Numbered from the stretch's first letter, positions 1 through 9,178 are shown. The stretch is DNA of 64,000 nt from a bacterium (GCA_965218795.1 OZ244653.1:544001-608000); one strand, 5' to 3'. Made by a program: numbers and translations. The notes: generated by a model from the sequence alone, not told the origin.

Positions 1-150
1 CTGCGAGGCCACGAAACCCGGGTCCCCGAGCGCCTCCACACCGAAGCGCCTGGCGCTCATGCCATGGCGTACGCGCCAGGCCGCAACACTTCGTCGTAGG
101 CGCTCGTCCAGAGCCATACCAGTGTGGTAGTCGAGCGTCGTCATGTGCAT
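1..150 (-). CDS. Cro-like HTH regulator, phage/plasmid type (5' part; runs off window start)
   Basis: Manual translation from ATG at 150: MHMTTLDYHTGMALDERLRRSVAAWRVRHGMSARRFGVEALGDPGFVASQ. The GMSxxxFGxxALGDPxFV pattern resembles proteobacterial phage Cro-like proteins. Divergent from a cI-like remnant. Confidence 0.6.
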   Translation of the reverse strand, partial: MHMTTLDYHTGMALDERLRRSVAAWRVRHGMSARRFGVEALGDPGFVASQ

Positions 151-287
151 GAACATAAGGGCAGGGTTCCTGCTTGATAAACGTTATTAATAGTTAAAAA
201 CCGACTAAACACGATTTTTCTTGCTCGCGTCTGCGGTGGACTGCGTAGCCATCCGGGAAGAAATGAGGTGTTCTCCGCGACGGCGGA

Positions 288-461
288 ATGGAAGGGAATG
301 AGATGGACTCGGACGGGAAGACGGATGAGAGAGAGGCGATCAGGCGGGACCCGGTTCGGCTCAGGCTGATCTCCGCCAACCGGCACTACGCCCCCCACTC
401 GTGCCTCGCCGCCGACGTCCACATCCGCGGCAAGGTATTGTGGGTGGTGCGACGGATGTGA
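288..461 (+). pseudogene. Internally deleted CI/LexA-like S24 peptidase repressor remnant (57 aa)
   Basis: MEGNEMDSDGKTDEREAIRRDPVRLRLISANRHYAPHSCLAADVHIRGKVLWVVRRM. The LISxN..Y..V.I.GKVLW tail is the typical S24 C-terminus; the HTH and catalytic core are absent. Confidence 0.6.
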
Positions 462-1471
462 GCGCATGGGTCCGAGAATCAAAGGAGGCGTGGACCGAGA
501 TAGTCGGACCCTGGCAACTGCACTCGAGTCGTTGTACCTTCTTGACATGTCAATAAATCAGTTGAATTTCTGACGATTCCCTAGATGCTGCTCGCTGTGC
601 CAAGCCTGTCGGAATACATCATGAAACATGCCGCCGTCCTCGAAGAGGGGGAGCAGTTGTGCTCGGCCACCCTGCTGCACTTCGGGAGACGTGGATCAGG
701 AATTGTCGCGCCTCGCCCGCTCGGGGCAGGTGGTTAGGGAACTGCCAAAGCGTATATATCCCACCCGTTGAGACGCCGTTTGGTTTGCGTCCACCCGCCG
801 TCGAGAAGGTGATCTCTTCGCTTTCGGTATTCTAGATGAGAAACCATCGTCCCCTGCGGGGGAGCCGCGGCCAACCATCTTTAACAGACAACCTATAGGT
901 CCCTGTGCGCCCCGTCTAACTGACCTCCAGGTTTAACCGGCAGCTGTGATCGGGCGCATCTTCTGGAAAGGGACACCCGGTTTGTCAGCACCCTGCGCAC
1001 TCTATTTGGCGTGCCGTACCGGGACGATCTGACATTCCAGGGGAAACACCACTGTCCAAGGTCTAGCATGCAATCAAACAGTTTTCGGAAGATATCGATA
1101 TCACCTACGACAACCATGCCGTTGCATCGGATCTGGTGACCAAAACCAGCGAAAGAGTGCTCTCTTCGACACCCAGCTAGGAGCGCCGCCAACTCGCGCG
1201 CATCGAGCGAAGTGCCCTGTGCATGCGGCAGCGGCCATGCGCTATTGTGGCCGACTGCCAAAAGTGTCCCCTTTCTTATCCGACCACGAGCGCGTGGTTC
1301 TGAATGCATCTTCGAGTACCACCACGTCCTCGTTGAACATGATCCGGAAGAAACTCTTAGGCCTCTCGGTGCAATATGTCATGAAGAGATACCTCAAAAA
1401 CCTGAAATGACGGCCTCGGCCGTTGCGACACGAAACCGTTTTCAGGCAGGCATAGAGCCAGAGCTTGAAGA

Positions 1472-2530
1472 CTAGAAACTGTATCTCAACGAAAGGACGA
1501 CCTTGGTTCCTTTGGATGCGATTAGGCTCACGCCCCGGAGATTCACCCTCGCGTCTTCATAGTTGAGGCCGAAATTCGCGGACAATCCCCGCGCCAGATC
1601 GTATTGGACACCCAGGGCGGCGGAAGTTTTCTCCTCTCCTTCGACCCGGCCGTAGTGGCCTTCGATGGAGAGGCTCACGACGCCGATTTTGATGTGAACG
1701 CCCGATGAGACGTACCATTGCTCGAGGTCCAGGCCGGGCGATGAGAGGGTTTCATAGCACACGCCGAGGTCGAACAAGGCGCTCCCGTAGATGAATTCGC
1801 CCACGCCGCTGACGGCTCTGGTGTCGAACCGCCTCGACCCGTCGGCAGAGGTGAATCCGGCCTCGGTATATCGTCCGGTCAGACGATAGTCCTTATCGCC
1901 GATCGGACGTTGATACATCGCACCAATATCGAAGTTCCCGTCCTCATCCACCACCGCACTCAGGACCCAGGGACCAAAACGGCCCAGATAGCCCCCGCTC
2001 CAGCCATTGAGCGAGCCGAATACGTCGTCGTAGGCCAGGGAGGCTGCTCCCGCCCCGCGCCTACGCCCGGTCTGGCCGCGAACGACCTCCGAAACATTGC
2101 CGCTCACCACCGCGCCCCAGACGCCCCCGATCGAGAGCGCGACGTCGTCCTCGTAATCGTCATCCACCCTGGAGGCGAAACCCGAGTCGGGGTTGTCTTG
2201 CGGGTCGCTGGCGTATCGGCCTGAATAGGTCAGCCTGACACGCCAGCGGTTGGCCAATTGCGTCTGGGCACCGACCTGAAAGCTGCCGTCAAGGCTCTCG
2301 TCCGTGTCGTCGCTTTCCGGACGAAAGGTCCATGCTCCGTCTACCATGCCTCTCAAGACGAGTGTTACGTCGCCGAATTCGGTGGCGAGAGGGGCTTCGA
2401 GCAGCGACATGTCGTCGTAATTGAGAAAGATTTCCTGCGCCCCGGCCGGCGCCGGTGCCCCGATGGCGCAGATGAAAAGCACCGCCGCCCAGAAAAGGCT
2501 AAACCTCGGAGTCGCATTTTGCGTCGCCAT
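1472..2530 (-). CDS. Outer-membrane beta-barrel porin-like protein
   Basis: 352 aa; Sec signal peptide (..APAGA|QE), amphipathic beta strands, C-terminal LRYSF BAM-type signature; 4 bp downstream of the haloperoxidase gene. Confidence 0.75.
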   Translation of the reverse strand: MATQNATPRFSLFWAAVLFICAIGAPAPAGAQEIFLNYDDMSLLEAPLATEFGDVTLVLRGMVDGAWTFRPESDDTDESLDGSFQVGAQTQLANRWRVRLTYSGRYASDPQDNPDSGFASRVDDDYEDDVALSIGGVWGAVVSGNVSEVVRGQTGRRRGAGAASLAYDDVFGSLNGWSGGYLGRFGPWVLSAVVDEDGNFDIGAMYQRPIGDKDYRLTGRYTEAGFTSADGSRRFDTRAVSGVGEFIYGSALFDLGVCYETLSSPGLDLEQWYVSSGVHIKIGVVSLSIEGHYGRVEGEEKTSAALGVQYDLARGLSANFGLNYEDARVNLRGVSLIASKGTKVVLSLRYSF

Positions 2531-2534
2531 GGTC

Positions 2535-3911
2535 TCAAGCCTTTTTCGGAAAAGTGGAGTGAAAGGCTTGGCGCGCGATGGCGCGACCGGCCGTCAATGC
2601 CTGTGTGTTATCGATTTCCCAATGAACGCCGCCGTAGATGCGGCTGAGCCCGTTTTCTTCCGCCATCTGGCGCAGGCTGCTCCAGCGCCTGATGACACCC
2701 CGAAGTTGCGGCCACAGCACCTCGTCGGGCGATCGACCCGAGAACGAAACGTCGTCGCGGCCATGGATCAGCGCGATCATCTCGGCAGCGGCGGCGGCGA
2801 ACGTGGAATGCCCCGAAGTGTAGGAGGGAAATTCTGGGGTCGGTATGTAGCTGCGCCAGTCGGCTTGCAGTTGCACGTACGGATCGGGGTTGGCGAATTT
2901 GGGCGCGCGGACGCGGATGGCGGTTTCCGGGCGGAGGATGTCGTGATGATACTTGCTATCCCACGCGCTGATGGAAGCGTCGCACTGCGTCATTCCGATC
3001 AGCGCGAAGGCGCGCGCGAGTTCAATGAAGCTCAGGCCGCGATCCTGGAGAATCTGCATGGCTATATAGATCATGTGCCCCGGTGGCGTGATACCCCAGG
3101 GGCCGTCCTCCCAGAAGAGCGCGATCTCCGACTCCGCAGCGGTTCGGATGGAGCTGTCCATCCCCCCGAGACGGCGGATGCGGTCGAATTCTTCGGCGAA
3201 TTCCGGACTTGCGGGATCGTAGAAACCGGAGGCGCGAAACTGCGAACCACTCCTCATCGTCCAGGGCTTGATTTGGCCATGCCCCGGAAACAGGCCGCGA
3301 TCGAAAGAGGCGAACGCCGGCCCCGGCGTCGCGCCGTAAAACGGACCGGTGGGCGCCCATCGCAACGAATCCGCGCGCCGCTTGTAACGGCCCAGATAAT
3401 AGTTCGCCTCGCTCGGTTCGGCGCCATCGTTTGTCCGTATCCCGAGCACCTTACGGGCGGCCGTGCGGCCCCATTGAACGCCGAGGGACTTCGCCTCGTT
3501 CCCGGGAAAGCGGCTCAAGAATCTGGCGCGCTCGAAGAGGGAGGGCTGCTGAAATGCTTCCGCCGCCGCGCTGGCGAAGGCCACGCCGTAGGCGACCTCG
3601 GGATCCGCGCCGCGCGGGCCGATGCCGATGCCGAAAGGTTCGTCATAAGTTTGGAGAATCCCGTTCGCGGCGAGAAATCCGGCGGCCATGGTCAGACTGT
3701 AATTGTATGCGGCCCGCGGAACGAGGATCCTCTGGTTCCGCACCTGTTGTAAGGCCGTATCCACCCAGTGGAAGACGGTGTTCTTGTTCTGGGGTTTTAG
3801 TATCTGGCTCGTATAGGAAGCCTTGTGTCCGTGGGGGCTGACGCACCCCGTCGCGAGGAGTGCGGCGGCGCCCGCCGCGTTCCTCAGAAACTGCCTTCTC
3901 GTGTAGGTCAT
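2535..3911 (-). CDS. Vanadium-dependent haloperoxidase-like protein (PAP2 superfamily), Tat-exported lipoprotein
   Basis: TRRQFL Tat motif and LATGC lipobox; K-x6-RP (KYHHDILRP), FPSYTSGHS, SRIYGGVHWEID, plus FWEDGP..TPPGH. Confidence 0.85.
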   Translation of the reverse strand: MTYTRRQFLRNAAGAAALLATGCVSPHGHKASYTSQILKPQNKNTVFHWVDTALQQVRNQRILVPRAAYNYSLTMAAGFLAANGILQTYDEPFGIGIGPRGADPEVAYGVAFASAAAEAFQQPSLFERARFLSRFPGNEAKSLGVQWGRTAARKVLGIRTNDGAEPSEANYYLGRYKRRADSLRWAPTGPFYGATPGPAFASFDRGLFPGHGQIKPWTMRSGSQFRASGFYDPASPEFAEEFDRIRRLGGMDSSIRTAAESEIALFWEDGPWGITPPGHMIYIAMQILQDRGLSFIELARAFALIGMTQCDASISAWDSKYHHDILRPETAIRVRAPKFANPDPYVQLQADWRSYIPTPEFPSYTSGHSTFAAAAAEMIALIHGRDDVSFSGRSPDEVLWPQLRGVIRRWSSLRQMAEENGLSRIYGGVHWEIDNTQALTAGRAIARQAFHSTFPKKA

Positions 3912-4091
3912 TGCTCGGGTCCTTTATATGAATACAATGAATGAACGGCTTTCCCGGCCTCGCTTATCGGCAAATATATTTTTTCTCCTTGACAGGCTCC
4001 TTATCAGCCCAAGGAAGCGAGCATCCCCAACTCGTGCAGCCCATTCCTGGGTCTGACCGCCAATCTGCCAGCAGAATTGGTGTGTAGCTCG

Positions 4092-4114
4092 CCGATAACT
4101 TCTACTTACGGGAT
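4092..4114 (-). other. lox-like recombination core site A (inverted relative to site B)
   Basis: CCGATAA-CTTCTAC-TTACGGGAT; 21/23 identical to the reverse complement of 4259-4281, including the 7-bp asymmetric spacer. Confidence 0.6.
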
Positions 4115-4230
4115 GCGAAGAGTCTCATTGCGCCGCTGAGATACCGCCTTGAGCCGTATGTGTGCCGCAACCGTGCAGGAAAAGGTGCGAAACGAGGCAC
4201 GGAACCCCTCCCAGGTTTTTAGGCTTACGC

Positions 4231-4260
4231 TTGACATGGCCATGAAATGTGTTATAGAAT
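4231..4260 (+). promoter_or_regulatory. Sigma70-type promoter between the two inverted core sites
   Basis: TTGACA (4231-4236), then TGnTATAGA extended -10 (4250-4258) or TAGAAT (4255-4260). Confidence 0.65.
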
Positions 4261-4282
4261 CCGATAAGTAGAAGTTATCGGA
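4260..4282 (+). other. lox-like recombination core site B
   Basis: Perfect 8-bp arms TCCGATAA / TTATCGGA around asymmetric spacer GTAGAAG; upstream of a Cre-like recombinase. Confidence 0.7.
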
Positions 4283-4365
4283 ATAGAGTAGAGCTATCGC
4301 TTTTTTTTACAATTTCCGTATACCAACGTGACATTTTCTTTGGGCGATTTCTTGTTACGGGCCTA

Positions 4366-4399
4366 TTTACATGACGTTAAGGTAACAACCTCATGTAAA
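4366..4399. promoter_or_regulatory. Inverted repeat, possible operator or accessory site
   Basis: TTTACATGA-N16-TCATGTAAA with an inner GTTA/TAAC dyad. Confidence 0.35.
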
Positions 4400-4467
4400 G
4401 AAAAGAGTGCTCAACTTATTCTTGCGCAACGGAATCGTCGGCGAAGTGACAAGGCATCGAGCAGAAA

Positions 4468-4674
4468 ATGAGCCTTGGAGAACTGCATGACAGGCTTGCA
4501 ATACTCAAAACATATTTCACTCGGGAGAAAAAACCCATCGCCCTCAAGCCTACGGATTTTCAACCCTCGAAAGCCGAAACGAAGAAGAAAGTTTGGATTC
4601 CGGCCACGTCAGAGAACATCGCGAAGGCAATGGTTCAGGACGTGAAGCTCAGATTCTCGTCCAGGACCGAATAG
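4468..4674 (+). CDS. Small hypothetical protein
   Basis: 68-aa ORF with ATG start, co-oriented upstream of the recombinase; contains FQPSKAE...IPATSENIAKAMV. Confidence 0.45.
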   Translation: MSLGELHDRLAILKTYFTREKKPIALKPTDFQPSKAETKKKVWIPATSENIAKAMVQDVKLRFSSRTE

Positions 4675-4747
4675 GGCGAATGTTACTTTGGTATGTGATT
4701 TCCCAATTTCTTGAGTCTTGGCCTCAACTCAGGCTGCGGAGTTCGCT

Positions 4748-5713
4748 ATGACAATGGAGACAACACCATCCGGCCCGACACAAGATACCGCTGTAACGAC
4801 GACGCCAGCGCCGGTTGACGCTTCCGCCCCAGCTCGCCCAATGCGGGGGGCTGCGGACTTGGTGCGGGCGTCGATTGCCGAAAATACGCGCCGGGCGTAC
4901 GAGCGGGCGTTGCGACAGTTCGAACGTTCGGAGTACTCGGAGACGGACGCCGGGGTAGCGGCGTACCTCGGCAGGCTGTACGAACAGGGGCGCTCCGCGG
5001 CCTGTGCCGCTATGGTAGTTGCAGCGTTGCGTTTCCGGGCCAAGCTGCATGGTTGGCCGTCTCCAGTGGGCGCGGCGGCGCGGCGGGTGTTGGCCGGGTT
5101 CCGGCGTCTGGCCGCGGGGCGGGGCCGCGGCAAGGTGGTCGGGGTCCGCTGGGAGCAGGCGGACCGGGCGGCGGCAATGGCCGAACAGCCGGGGGAGCTG
5201 GCCGGGCTGCGGGACGCCGCGATTATGGCGGTAGCGAGTGACGCGCTGCTCAGGGTGTCGGAGGTCGCGGCTTTGGACGTGCCGGACGTGAATCTAGCGG
5301 AGCAAACGGTGTTGATCCGACGCAGTAAGACAGATCAGGAAGGCAAGGGCGTGGTGCAATACCTGGGGAAGCCGACAGCGGAGCGTATTCGGGTCTGGCT
5401 GCTGCACTCCGGTCTGACGGAAGGGGCATTATTCCGGCCCGTCAACAAATCGGGTCGAGTGCAGGACGGGCGCCTGACGGTCAGGAGCATCCGACGCATT
5501 ATCACCCAGTGGGCCAGGGCCGCCGGGGTGGACGGTCGGGTCAGCGGACACAGCCTGCGCGTAGGCAGTGCGCAGAGCCTGGCAACTGCCGGGGCCTCCC
5601 TGGTCGAGATGCAGATTGCCGGGCGCTGGCGGTCGCCGGCCATGCCAGGGCGTTACGCGCAAGGGCAACTGGCAAAACAAGGAGCCGTGGCAAGACTCCG
5701 GTATGGCTCATGA
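4748..5713 (+). CDS. Cre-like tyrosine recombinase
   Basis: AENTRRAY N-terminal domain; LRDAAI..LLRVSE (R), RRSKTDQ (K), SGHSLRVG (HxxR), GRWRS..MPGRY (W and Y as in Cre). Start uncertain (4718/4748/4841). Confidence 0.92.
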   Translation: MTMETTPSGPTQDTAVTTTPAPVDASAPARPMRGAADLVRASIAENTRRAYERALRQFERSEYSETDAGVAAYLGRLYEQGRSAACAAMVVAALRFRAKLHGWPSPVGAAARRVLAGFRRLAAGRGRGKVVGVRWEQADRAAAMAEQPGELAGLRDAAIMAVASDALLRVSEVAALDVPDVNLAEQTVLIRRSKTDQEGKGVVQYLGKPTAERIRVWLLHSGLTEGALFRPVNKSGRVQDGRLTVRSIRRIITQWARAAGVDGRVSGHSLRVGSAQSLATAGASLVEMQIAGRWRSPAMPGRYAQGQLAKQGAVARLRYGS

Positions 5714-5919
5714 GTTCGACTTTGTACAATCCGCCTCGTCAAATCCGGGATGATCTGTTTTTTCGACGGTTCGTCGAGCACCACGGCCAGCCGTCCGTTC
5801 AATGAACCAAGAATCCATCGATTAAAGCGCGCTTTTCGGGTTTAAACCGAGAAGTGACCCTCCCCCTGGTTTAGGGCCAAGTGGGTTGAGAGTTTTCGGT
5901 TGTGATCATAGAGCGAAGC

Positions 5920-6263
5920 TGCCCGTGTTGCCGGGTAGGCGGCCGGTGCTTTGTACCAACGCCACCTCTGGCGTTCGGAAGGCTTCCACGGCGAGGCGAA
6001 GCTCTGGCACGGCCTCGGGCGCGCGGTCCGGCGCGGTCTCGACAACATGAAGGTCCAGGCCTACATGACGGCCGCGGCGATCAATCTCAAGCGGCTTGGG
6101 GCCGCCCTTGTTGCCATCCTATTGGCCAATTGGACGGCCCGCGTTGCCGGACAAGAGCCGCTGCATGTCCATCACGCCCACACACCCCGAACAGACTTGC
6201 GGGCGGCCGCCGCCACGTGATCCTGCATGCGCCCGGTCTCGAAACCGGCTTTTTCAACAGCCC
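5920..6263 (+). mobile_element. IS1182-family remnant: transposase C-terminus and right terminal repeat
   Basis: YQRHLWRSEGFHGEAKLWHGLGRAVRRGLDNMKVQAYMTAAAINLKRL, followed by GCTTTTTCAACAGCCC (6248-6263). Confidence 0.75.
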
Positions 6264-6289
6264 CACCATCGGCAGGCTCTGCGACCACG

Positions 6290-6607
6290 CTAGGATGCGG
6301 TGGAAATGGCCCCGACCTCGTTGTCGACGATGACGGGCGAGTCGAAGTATTCGATACTCGCTTCGACTCCCAGACGCTCGCGCAGTCCGGCCCGCCAAGC
6401 CTCGTCGTACAGCCGCTCGGCATCGGCGCGCGATTCGAAGAGATACACGCCTCCGCCGGTCCGCACGTCCTCGGACAACAGATAGTATTTGCGCACCAGG
6501 CCGGGAACGTCCCGGTAGAGCGGCGCGGATTTCTCATAAGCCGCGGCCATGTCCTCCTGGGTCTTGCCCTCTGGAAGCGTGAAGCGAACGATTGCAGTGA
6601 CAGCCAT
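6290..6607 (-). CDS. YdhR-like monooxygenase (dimeric alpha-beta barrel)
   Basis: VPGLVRKYYL..GGGVYLFESR motif; GAGGAGG RBS. Confidence 0.8.
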   Translation of the reverse strand: MAVTAIVRFTLPEGKTQEDMAAAYEKSAPLYRDVPGLVRKYYLLSEDVRTGGGVYLFESRADAERLYDEAWRAGLRERLGVEASIEYFDSPVIVDNEVGAISTAS

Positions 6608-6724
6608 GGAAACGTCCTCCTCTGCGCGATGAATTGGCTCCGAACCATAGCACGGAACAAGGGCCGGGTGAGCGCGGATGAGCGGCGGGGTTTGTTGTCC
6701 GTCCCCCCCTTCAGGCTCGCCGGA

Positions 6725-7126
6725 TCAGGTGAGGGGATACATACGCTTGACGCTCAGCCGTGTCACGAGTCGTTTCTCATCTTTCATCGCTTGTAGATAT
6801 TCATCGAGATCATCCGGGTCTTTTCCGGTGATGCGCCGGTACAGGTCGAGGTTTTTCAGACCATCGGGGTCTTCGACGAGCGTCGCATCTCCTTCCACGC
6901 AAAGATAGGGGTGGAACCTGTCCTGCGGCAGCACGCAAAGCGTGGCCCTCGGGTCTCGCTTGAGGTTTCTGGCTTTCACGCGATCCCAGGTCATGGAGGT
7001 TTCCACGACCCCGTCCTGGTAATCGAACATGATCGGCGTGGGGTGCGGCCTGCGGTCTTCCAACAATGTGCTCAGAACGCCATGGCGCTGCTCGTTCAGG
7101 AAGGCCAGGGCCTCATCGTGCGTCAT
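6725..7126 (-). CDS. PPOX-class (F420/FMN-dependent) oxidoreductase
   Basis: GVLSTL..RRPHPTPI..KARNLKRDPRATL..VEGDA; AGGAG RBS before ATG 7126. Confidence 0.85.
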   Translation of the reverse strand: MTHDEALAFLNEQRHGVLSTLLEDRRPHPTPIMFDYQDGVVETSMTWDRVKARNLKRDPRATLCVLPQDRFHPYLCVEGDATLVEDPDGLKNLDLYRRITGKDPDDLDEYLQAMKDEKRLVTRLSVKRMYPLT

Positions 7127-7280
7127 GGGGTTTCTCCTTGTGAATCCGCAACAATCGCGATATCGACAAAGTTCTCGAACGCGGAGGAAAAGGCCTCGGG
7201 CGCCGGCGGCATCGAGCACGGTCGATGCACGGCCCTTTCAACCCAGATACATCGAGCCGTTTTCATAAGCCGTAAGATCC

Positions 7281-7299
7281 TCATATCATATTGATATGA
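7281..7299. promoter_or_regulatory. Palindromic operator candidate upstream of the PPOX/YdhR pair
   Basis: TCATATCA-TAT-TGATATGA, a perfect 8-bp dyad in an AT-rich patch. Confidence 0.4.
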
Positions 7300-7683
7300 T
7301 TATAAATATACATTTTCTCCAATTCCGTTCGGAACCCGCCTGTTACAGCATGTAATCAAAACGAAAGCGGATTCATTAAAACTCCCGCGTATCCCGGCGG
7401 GTCCGTGTCGGACCAGGGACCATCCCGGCTCCCCTTCCACCCGCACAGCGCAACCGTGCCTCCGGCCTATTCCACCATGCGCCTGAGCCCGCGCAGCGGC
7501 TGAATCCTGACCGCCCGCGAGACCGGGCGGAGGACGCGGGCGATGAGGAGCCCGAACACGGCGTAGCCCTTCGCGGCTCGCTCCGCTGGTAGGGAGACGG
7601 CGTCGCGCCGCTTCTCCAGGGCGCGCTTCCTCCTTCGAATGGCGGGAGGTCGGCTTTCCGAGCCGAAGGAGCATGTTGACGCA

Positions 7684-8082
7684 ATGGGAAGATTGGACCC
7701 GTCGCGGGCGATGACGATTCTGAAGCGGGGTCTGCGGCTCGTGTGCCCCCGATGCGGGAAGGGAAGGCTCTACCACACCCTGTTCTCGATGGTTCCGGAG
7801 TGTCCCGAATGCGGGCTCCCTTGTGAGCCGGAAATGGGGTACTGCGTTGGGGCGATATACATCAATTACGGGTTGACCACGCTGATTGCGTTGGCCGGGT
7901 ATTTCATTCTCGATGTCTACACAAGCATCTCGCTCAACTGGCAACTTTTGCTGTGGGCTGGCTTTTGCGTCCTGTTTCCAGTGTTTTTTTTACGGTATTC
8001 CAAGAGCCTTTGGTTGAGCTTCGATTTTATCTTCAACCGTCCTTCATCCGGGAGGCGGGGCACGAGGCCCGGGCCGGGATGA
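7684..8082 (+). CDS. DUF983-like Zn-ribbon membrane protein
   Basis: CPRCGKGRLY..CPECG followed by two TM helices and SKSLW. Confidence 0.8.
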   Translation: MGRLDPSRAMTILKRGLRLVCPRCGKGRLYHTLFSMVPECPECGLPCEPEMGYCVGAIYINYGLTTLIALAGYFILDVYTSISLNWQLLLWAGFCVLFPVFFLRYSKSLWLSFDFIFNRPSSGRRGTRPGPG

Positions 8083-8203
8083 AGGACGAGCGCATCGGGC
8101 AGGCCGCGCGAAGGTCGCGGCCGAGACCGACAAGCCCTTGATGGAACACGCCGCGAGCGATGCGCCGTTCATCGGCGAACGGCTGGCCGAGTATATGGTT
8201 CCC

Positions 8204-8731
8204 TTATTTTTTGCACCTCTTTCTGCCGGCCAGTCTTTCGGACGTCGTCATTCCGAAACTGCATTCCCTGAGGAATTCACCGACTCCGGAGCGGCCATAC
8301 ACCACATCGCCGTTTTTGTCATAGACAGTCTGAGTGACCGACACGACTTCGCCCCGATGATGCTGGACGATGAGCACCTGGTCGTTCCCCAATTCTCCGA
8401 TAAAAATATCGGTAAGGTATCTCTCCGTACTCGTGCTCACCAGGGATATGGCGTCATCTCCCAGGAAACTGACGTTTGCGGTGTTGTCCTGGTTCACGGT
8501 GATGGAGCAGCTCTCTCCGGTGATTTCAGAACCCACCATGAGTCTTTGGAAGAAGCCCCTGGCGGGTATGTGGACGCAACCATGGAGCGTCCCCGGTCTC
8601 AGTTTTTCCTGATGTCGAGGCGGGTTCGATAAAAGCCGCCTGACGTAACCTTTGGTCAGAGGCTGTTCCGCAGCACTATGACAAATTGTTGCAAAGACGA
8701 ATATACATGCGGAAATCAAAACGAATTTCAT
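8204..8731 (-). CDS. Hypothetical secreted protein
   Basis: 175 aa; signal peptide MKFVLISACIFVFATICHSA; GGAGG RBS. Confidence 0.6.
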   Translation of the reverse strand: MKFVLISACIFVFATICHSAAEQPLTKGYVRRLLSNPPRHQEKLRPGTLHGCVHIPARGFFQRLMVGSEITGESCSITVNQDNTANVSFLGDDAISLVSTSTERYLTDIFIGELGNDQVLIVQHHRGEVVSVTQTVYDKNGDVVYGRSGVGEFLRECSFGMTTSERLAGRKRCKK

Positions 8732-8769
8732 TCAACGCGCCTCCTTTGACAGGCGAATCCGTGTCCCCA

Positions 8770-8992
8770 TATTGTAGCCGCCCGTCCGTACCAGCAACCG
8801 CTGCACCGACTTCGTGGAGCATCCGATGGCTGATGCGATCTCCGCGTGTGTCTGACCGGTTCTGATCCGTTCTCTGACCTCGAGGCGATCACTCCTGCTT
8901 AGCTTTCCATACTCCTCCCGTGGCCGCATCACCACCCCCTGGCAATGAGTTGATCATTACCAAGACCGTTGCGTCGACCACTTGAGACCGCC
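8770..8992 (-). mobile_element. IS30-family left-end remnant with N-terminal HTH of the transposase
   Basis: End GGCGGTCTCAAGTGGTCGACGCAAC; truncated ORF KLSRSDRLEV..THAEIASAIGCSTKSVQRLLVRTGG. Confidence 0.65.
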
Positions 8993-9064
8993 CGTGGCGG
9001 TAGGACTCGAACCTACAACCCGTCGGTTAACAGCCGACTGCTCTACCAATTGAACTACGTCGCG
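8992..9064 (-). tRNA. tRNA-Asn(GTT), probably degenerate
   Basis: Cloverleaf: D arm GTTC/GAGC, anticodon stem GTCGG-CTGTTAA-CCGAC, T arm GTAGG-TTCGAGT-CCTAC. Acceptor CGCGACG/CGCCACG has two C:A mismatches; no CCA. Confidence 0.8.
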
Positions 9065-9178
9065 AGGCGACTCGGGGGGCGGTCTGAATAGAGATCACAT
9101 GGCGCACTCCATCGACTTTCATCTTGCATGGGCCGCTCATACTGTGTTATTTTCGCTTTTTATTCACTTAGGTAAGCC

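Noticed and set aside
540-1470. Short ORFs and a TTGACATGTCAA palindrome (542-553)
   Set aside because: Frames are stop-ridden with no recognisable family; probably decayed DNA.
2421-3752. Long antisense ORFs (also 22711-23787, 40568-41659, 49798-50898, 61997-62998)
   Set aside because: Shadow frames of well-supported genes, expected at high GC.
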